Source: Utricularia gibba
Taxonomy: Eukaryota; Plantae; Magnoliophyta
NCBI GenBank assembly: GCA_002189035.1
Contig: NEEC01000311.1
Location: forward strand, 1-43,011
Reading direction: 5' to 3'
DNA length: 43,011 nt
Shown: positions 36,801-43,011 of the stretch, piece by piece
Layout of the letters: each line of letters starts with the position of its first letter
Numbering within the stretch: the stretch's first letter is position 1
Made by a program: the position numbers and the translations under genes
The notes under the pieces: generated by a model
The model's database searches: none
Seen by the model: the letters and a program-made list of their open reading frames with translations, nothing else
Told to the model about the DNA's origin: nothing

Positions 36801-39800
36801 TTTATTTGAGGAGGCGCTCTCGTGGGGCAACGGTATCGAGCAGGAGGTCGAGTCGAGCTCGGCCCAGAGTCATTTTGTAGCCGGCAAAAAATTGATGCAT
36901 TTATTAACGTTCGGTTTAGGCTGCCTACATAGTTTCTCAAGGAAAAGCTTGTCGTTTCTGGGCGGGTGATGTCGTTGGGAACTTCGTTCTGACCAAGGTT
37001 CGGTCTGACTCCTTTGCCACATCGGGTCCTACTCGACGAAAATCGTGATGCAGTTATTGAAGTTAGGATTCATGAGCACCCAAAATGGTTTTTCAACCGC
37101 ATGCTTTATATTTGAGGAGGCGCTCTCGTGGGGCAACGGTATCGAGTAGGAGGTCGAGTCGAGCTCGGCCCAGAGTCATTTGTAGCCCGGCAAAAAAATT
37201 GATGCATTTATTAACGTTGGCTTTATTAGGCTGCCTACATAGTTTCTCAAGGAAAAGCTTGTCGTTTCTGGGCGGGTGATGTCTTTTGGAACTTCGTTCT
37301 GACCATAGGTTCGGTCTGACTCCTTTGCCACATCGGGTCCTACTCGACGAAAATCGTGATGCAGTTATTGAAGTTAGGATTCATGAGCACCCAAAATGGT
37401 TTTCTCAACCGCATGCTTTATATTTGATAAGGCTCTCGTGGGGCAACGGTATCGAGCAGGAGGTCGAGTCGAGCTCGGGCCCAGAGTCATTTGTAGCCGG
37501 CAAAAAATTGATGCATTTATTAACGTTGGTTTTTAATAGGCTGCCTACATGGTTTTCTCAAGGAAAAGCTTGTCGTTTCTGGGCGGGTGATGTCTTTTGG
37601 AACTTCGTTCTGACCATAGGTTCGGTCTGACTCCTTTGCCACATCGGTCCTACTCGACGAAAATCGTGATGCAGTTATTGAAGTTAGGATTCATGAGCAC
37701 CCAAAATGGTTTTCTCAACCGCATGCTTTATATTTGATAAGGCACTCTCGTGGGGCAACGGTATCGAGCAGGAGGTCGAGTCGAGCTCGGGCCCAGAGTC
37801 ATTTGTAGCCCGGCAAAAAAATTGATGCATTTATTAACGTTGGTTTTATTAGGCTGCCTACATAGTTTCTCAAGGAAAAGCTTGTCGTTTCTGGGCGGGT
37901 GATGTCTTTTGGAACTTCGTTCTGACCCAAGGTTCGGTCTGACTCCTTTGCCACATCGGTCCTACTCGACGAAAATCGTGATGCAGTTATTGAAGTTAGG
38001 ATTCATGAGCACCCAAAATGGTTTTCTCAACCGCATGCTTTATATTTGATAAGGCACTCTCGTGGGGCAACGGTATCGAGCAGGAGGTCGAGTCGAGCTC
38101 GGTCCCAGAGTCATTTGTAGCCCGGCAAAAAAATTGATGCATTTATTAACGTTCGGCTTTATTAGGCTGCCTACATAGTTTCTCAAGGAAAAGCTTGTCG
38201 TTTCTGGCGGGTGATGTCTTTTGGAACTTCGTTCTGACCAAGGTTCGTTCTGACTCCTTTGCCACATCGGGTCCTACTCGACGAAAATCGTGATGCAGTT
38301 ATTGAAGTTAGGATTCATGAGCACCCAAAATGGTTTTCTCAACCGCATGCTTTATATTTGATAAGGCACTCTCGTGGGGCAACGGTATCGAGCAGGAGGT
38401 CGAGTCGAGCTCGGCCCAGAGTCATTTGTAGCCCGGCAAAAAAATTGATGCATTTATTAACGTTCGGTTTTATTAGGCTGCCTACATAGTTTCTCAAGGA
38501 AAAGCTTGTCGTTTCTGGCGGGTGATGTCGTTGGGAACTTCGTTCTGACCCAAGGTTCGTCTGACTCCTTTGCCACATCGGGTCCTACTCGACGAAAATC
38601 GTGATGCAGTTATTGAAGTTAGGATTCATGAGCACCAAAATGGTTTTTCAACGCATGCTTTATATTTAGGAGGCGCTCTAGTGGGGCAACGGTATCGAAA
38701 AGGTCGAGTCGAGCTCGGCCAGAGTCATTTGTAGCCGGCAAAAATTGATGCATTTATTAACGTTATTAGGCTGCCTACATAGTTTTCTCAAGGAAAAGCT
38801 TGTCGTTTCTGGGCGGGTGATGTCGTTGGGAACTTCGTTCTGACCCAAGGTTCGGTCTGACTCCTTTGCCACATCGGGTCCTACTCGACGAAAATCGTGA
38901 TGCAGTTATTGAAGTTAGGATTCATGAGCACCCAAAATGGTTTTTCTCAACCGCATGCTTTATATTTGAGGAGGCGCTCTCGTGGGGCAACGGTATCGAG
39001 TAGGAGGTCGAGTCGAGCTCGGGCCCATAGTCATTTGTAGCTCGGCAAAAAATTGATGCATTTATTAACGTTGGGTTTTAATAGGCTGCCTACATGTTTT
39101 CTCAAGGAAAAGCTTGTCGTTTCTGGCGGGTGATGTCGTTGGGAACTTCGTTCTGACCAAGGTTCGTCTGACTCCTTTGCCACATCGGGTCCTACTCGAC
39201 GAAAATCGTGATGCAGTTATTGAAGTTAGGATTTCATGAGCACCCAAAATGGTTTTCTCAACCGCATGCTTTATATTTGATAAGGTGCTCTCGTGGGGCA
39301 ACGGTATCGAGCAGGAGGTCGAGTCGAGCTCGGGCCCAGAGTCATTTGTAGCCGGCAAAAAAATTGATGCATTTATTAACGTTCGGTTTTAGGCTGCCTA
39401 CATGTTTCTCAAGGAAAAGCTTGTCGTTTCTGGCGGGTGATGTCGTTGGAACTTCGTTCTGACCAAGGTTCGGTCTGACTCCTTTGCCACATCGGGTCCT
39501 ACTCGACGAAAATCGTGATGCAGTTATTGAAGTTAGGATTCATGAGCACCCAAATGGTTTTCTCAACCGCATGCTTTATATTTGATAGGCGCTCTCGTGG
39601 GGCAACGGTATCGAGCAGGAGGTCGAGTCGAGCTCGGGCCCAGAGTCATTTGTAGCGGCAAAAAAATTGATGCATTTATTAACGTTGGGTTTAATAGGCT
39701 GCCTACATGTTTCTCAAGGAAAAGCTTGTCGTTTCTGGGCGGGTGATGTCTTTTGAACTTCGTTCTGACCATAGGTTCGGTCTGACTCCTTTGCCACATC

Positions 39801-42800
39801 GGGTCCTACTCGACGAAAATCGTGATGCAGTTATTGAAGTTAGGATTTCATGAGCACCCAAAATGGTTTTCTCAACCGCATGCTTTATATTTGATAAGGC
39901 TCTCTGTGGGCAACGGTATCGAGTAGGAGGTCGAGTCGAGCTCGGGCCAGAGTCATTTGTAGCCGGCAAAAAATTGATGCATTTATTAACGTTGTTTTAA
40001 TAGGCTGCCTACATGGTTTTCTCAAGGAAAAGCTTGTCGTTTTTGGGCGGGTGATGTCTTTTGGAACTTCGTTCTGACCAAGGTCGGTCTGACTCCTTTG
40101 CCACATCGGGTCCTACTCGACGAAAATCGTGATGCAGTTATTGAAGTTAGGATTCATGAGCACCAAAATGGTTTTTCTCAACCGCATGCTTTATATTTGA
40201 TAAGGCACTCTCGTGGGGCAACGGTATCGAGCAGGAGGTCGAGTCGAGCTCGGGCCCAGAGTCATTTGTAGCCGGCAAAAAAATTGATGCATTTATTAAC
40301 GTTCGGTTTATTAGGCTGCCTACATGTTTCTCAAGGAAAAGCTTGTCGTTTCTGGGCGGGTGATGTCTTTTGGAACTTCGTTCTGACCATAGGTTCGGTC
40401 TGACTCCTTTGCCACATCGGGTCCTACTCGACGAAAATCGTGATGCAGTTATTGAAGTTAGGATATCATGAGCACCCAAAATGGTTTTCTCAACCGCATG
40501 CTTTATATTTGATAAGGCACTCTCGTGGGGCAACGGTATCGAGCAGGAGGTCGAGTCGAGCTCGGGCCCAGAGTCATTTGTAGCCCGGCAAAAAAAATTG
40601 ATGCATTTATTAACGTTGGTTTATTAGGCTGCCTACATAGTTTCTCAAGGAAAAGCTTGTCGTTTTTGGGCGGGTGATGTCTTTTGGAACTTCGTTCTGA
40701 CCCAAGGTTCGGTCTGACTCCTTTGCCACATCGGGTCCTACTCGACGAAAATCGTGATGCAGTTATTGAAGTTAGGATTCATGAGCACCCAAAATGGTTT
40801 TCTCAACCGCATGCTTTATATTTGATAAGGCGCTCTCGTGGGGCAACGGTATCGAGCAGGAGGTCGAGTCGAGCTCGGGCCCAGAGTCATTTGTAGCCGG
40901 CAAAAAAATGATGCATTTATTAACGTTGGTTTAATAGGCTGCCTACATGTTTCTCAAGGAAAAGCTTGTCGTTTCTGGGCGGGTGATGTCTTTTGGAACT
41001 TCGTTCTGACCATAGGTTCGTTCTGACTCCTTTGCATCGGGTCCTACTCGACGAAAATCGTGATGCAGTTATTGAAGTTAGGATTCATGAGCACCCAAAA
41101 TGGTTTTCTCAACCGCATGCTTTATATTTGATAAGGCACTCTCGTGGGGCAACGGTATCGAGCAGGAGGTCGAGTCGAGCTCGGGCCCAGAGTCATTTGT
41201 AGCCCGGCAAAAAAATTGATGCATTTATTAACGTTCGGTTTATTAGGCTGCCTACATAGTTTCTCAAGGAAAAGCTTGTCGTTTCTGGGCGGGTGATGTC
41301 GTTGGGAACTTCGTTCTGACCCAAGGTTCGTCTGACTCCTTTGCCACATCGGGTCCTACTCGACGAAAATCGTGATGCAGTTATTGAAGTTAGGATTTCA
41401 TGAGCACCCAAAATGGTTTTCTCAACGCATGCTTTATATTTAGGAGGCGCTCTCGTGGGCAACGGTATCGGCAGGAGGTCGAGTCGAGCTCGCCCAGAGT
41501 CATTTGTAGCCCGGCAAAAAATTGATGCATTTATTAACGTTCGGCGCTATTAGGCTGCCTACATAGTTTCTCAAGGAAAAGCTTGTCGTTTCTGGGCGGG
41601 TGATGTCGTTGGGAACTTCGTTCGACCCAAGGTTCTGACTGACTCCTTTGCCACATCGGGTCCTACTCGACGAAAATCGTGATGCAGTTATTGAAGTTAG
41701 GATGTCATGAGCACCCAAAATGGTTTTCTCAACCGCATGCTTTATATTTGAGGAGGCGCTCTCGTGGGGCAACGGTATCGAGCAGGAGGTCGAGTCGAGC
41801 TCGGGCCCATAGTCATTTGTAGCTCGGCAAAAAACTTGATGCATTTATTAACGTTGGGTTTTAATAGGCTGCCTACATGTTTCTCAAGGAAAAGCTTGTC
41901 GTTTCTGGCGGGTGATGTCGTTGGGAACTTCGTTCTGACCCAAGGTTCGTCTGACTCCTTTGCCACATCGGGTCCTACTCGACGAAAATCGTGATGCAGT
42001 TATTGAAGTTAGGATTTCATGAGCACCCAAAATGGTTTTCTCAACCGCATGCTTTATATTTGATAAGGTGCTCTCGTGGGGCAACGGTATCGAGTAGGAG
42101 GTCGAGTCGAGCTCGGGCCCATAGTCATTTGTAGCTCGGCAAAAAACTTGATGCATTTATTAACGTTGGTTTTAATAGGCTGCCTCAATGGTTTTCTCAA
42201 GGAAAAGCTTGTCGTTTTTGGGCGGGTGATGTCGTTGTGAACTTCGTTCTGACCCAAGGTTCGGTCTGTCTCCTTTGCCAAATCTGGTCCTACTCGACGA
42301 AAATCGTGATGCAGTTATTGAAGTTAGGATTTCATGAGCACCCAAAATGGTTTTTCTCAACGCATGCTTTATATTTGATAAGGCACTCTCGTGGGGCAAC
42401 GGTATCGAGCAGGAGGTCGAGTCGAGCTCGGGCCCAGAGTCATTTGTAGCCCGGCAAAAAAATGATGCATTTATTAACGTTGGTTTATTAGGCTGCCTAC
42501 ATGTTTTCTCAAGGAAAAGCTTGTCGTTTCTGGGCGGGTGATGTCTTTTGGAACTTCGTTCTGACCATAGGTTCGGTCTGACTCCTTTGCCACATCGGGT
42601 CCTACTCGACGAAAATCGTGATGCAGTTATTGAAGTTAGGATTCATGAGCACCCAAAATGGTTTTCTCAACCGCATGCTTTATATTTGATAAGGCACTCT
42701 CGTGGGGCAACGGTATCGAGCAGGAGGTCGAGTCGAGCTCGGTCCCAGAGTCATTTGTAGCCGGCAAAAAAATGATGCATTTATTAACGTTCGGCTTTAT

Positions 42801-43011
42801 TAGGCTGCCTACATAGTTTCTCAAGGAAAAGCTTGTCGTTTCTGGGCGGGTGATGTCTTTTGGAACTCGTTCTGACCATAGGTTCGGTCTGACTCCTTTG
42901 CCACATCGGGTCCTACTCGACGAAAATCGTGATGCAGTTATTGAAGTTAGGATTCATGAGCACCCAAAATGGTTTTCTCAACCGCATGCTTTATATTTGA
43001 TAAGGCACTCT
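27815..43011. repeat. Satellite sub-domain dominated by the D-type monomer (GTCTTTTGG, ACCATAGG, GGATTCATG, ATAAGGCACT), 9-12-mer super-period
   Basis: The GTCTTT(T)G allele is present in 30 of the last 49 monomers but only 3 of the first 90. The first GGCACTCTC of this domain is at ~27815 and the first GTCTTTTGG...ACCATAGG at 27977. Confidence 0.85.

Larger units (their letters stand above)
1..43011. repeat. Tandem satellite DNA array, ~313-315 bp monomer, ~139 copies, single orientation, running off both window ends
   Basis: The anchor TCGACGAAAATCG recurs at 119, 431, 745, 1059, 1371 ... 42294, 42606, 42917 (139 occurrences, two with a 1-2 nt change), with spacing always 296-316 bp. No non-repeat sequence lies between copies. 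A full-length A-type monomer counted by hand is 315 bp and ~49% GC. Confidence 0.99.

Noticed and set aside
1-43011. CRISPR array or other repeat-spacer system
   Set aside because: There are no unique spacers. The entire ~314-bp unit is repeated and no cas-like gene is present.
1-43011. Assignment to a named satellite family, e.g. the 312-bp Sau3A satellite of wild beet, on size alone
   Set aside because: Size match is not evidence and I see no GATC site in the monomer. A BLAST search against satellite databases and nt would be needed.
1-43011. Embedded transposon, LTR fragment or strand inversion
   Set aside because: Anchor spacing never exceeds 316 bp and every anchor is on the + strand, leaving no room for an insertion or an orientation switch.

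Overview
The whole 43,011-bp window is one uninterrupted head-to-tail tandem array of a ~313-315 bp monomer. It is satellite DNA, most plausibly eukaryotic (peri)centromeric or other heterochromatin; the organism and family cannot be assigned from the sequence alone. I hand-indexed 139 copies of the anchor TCGACGAAAATCG, from 119 to 42917 (spacing 296-316 bp, mean ~310). All lie on the same strand, so there is no inversion, insertion, transposon or unique spacer. I found no supportable gene: every listed ORF is a translation of the same monomer, and frames switch at 1-bp indels. The interest lies in the nested architecture. The monomer is itself a diverged dimer of a ~157-bp unit. Monomers fall into A, B and D variant classes. 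The left ~8 kb is two copies of a 13-monomer higher-order repeat (HOR, ~4.05 kb) followed by truncated copies. The middle is an A/B alternation with a 6-8-mer super-period. From ~27.8 kb a D variant dominates, with a 9-12-mer super-period. Local events include a templated-replacement scar duplicated with the HOR, a substitution-rich patch, a locally confined 1-bp allele and a 413-bp perfect match between sites 40 kb apart. Many 1-bp homopolymer deletions suggest noisy long-read consensus, so some mosaic monomers may be assembly artefacts. I see no evidence of a novel protein-coding or CRISPR-like system. All counts were made by eye and should be confirmed computationally.
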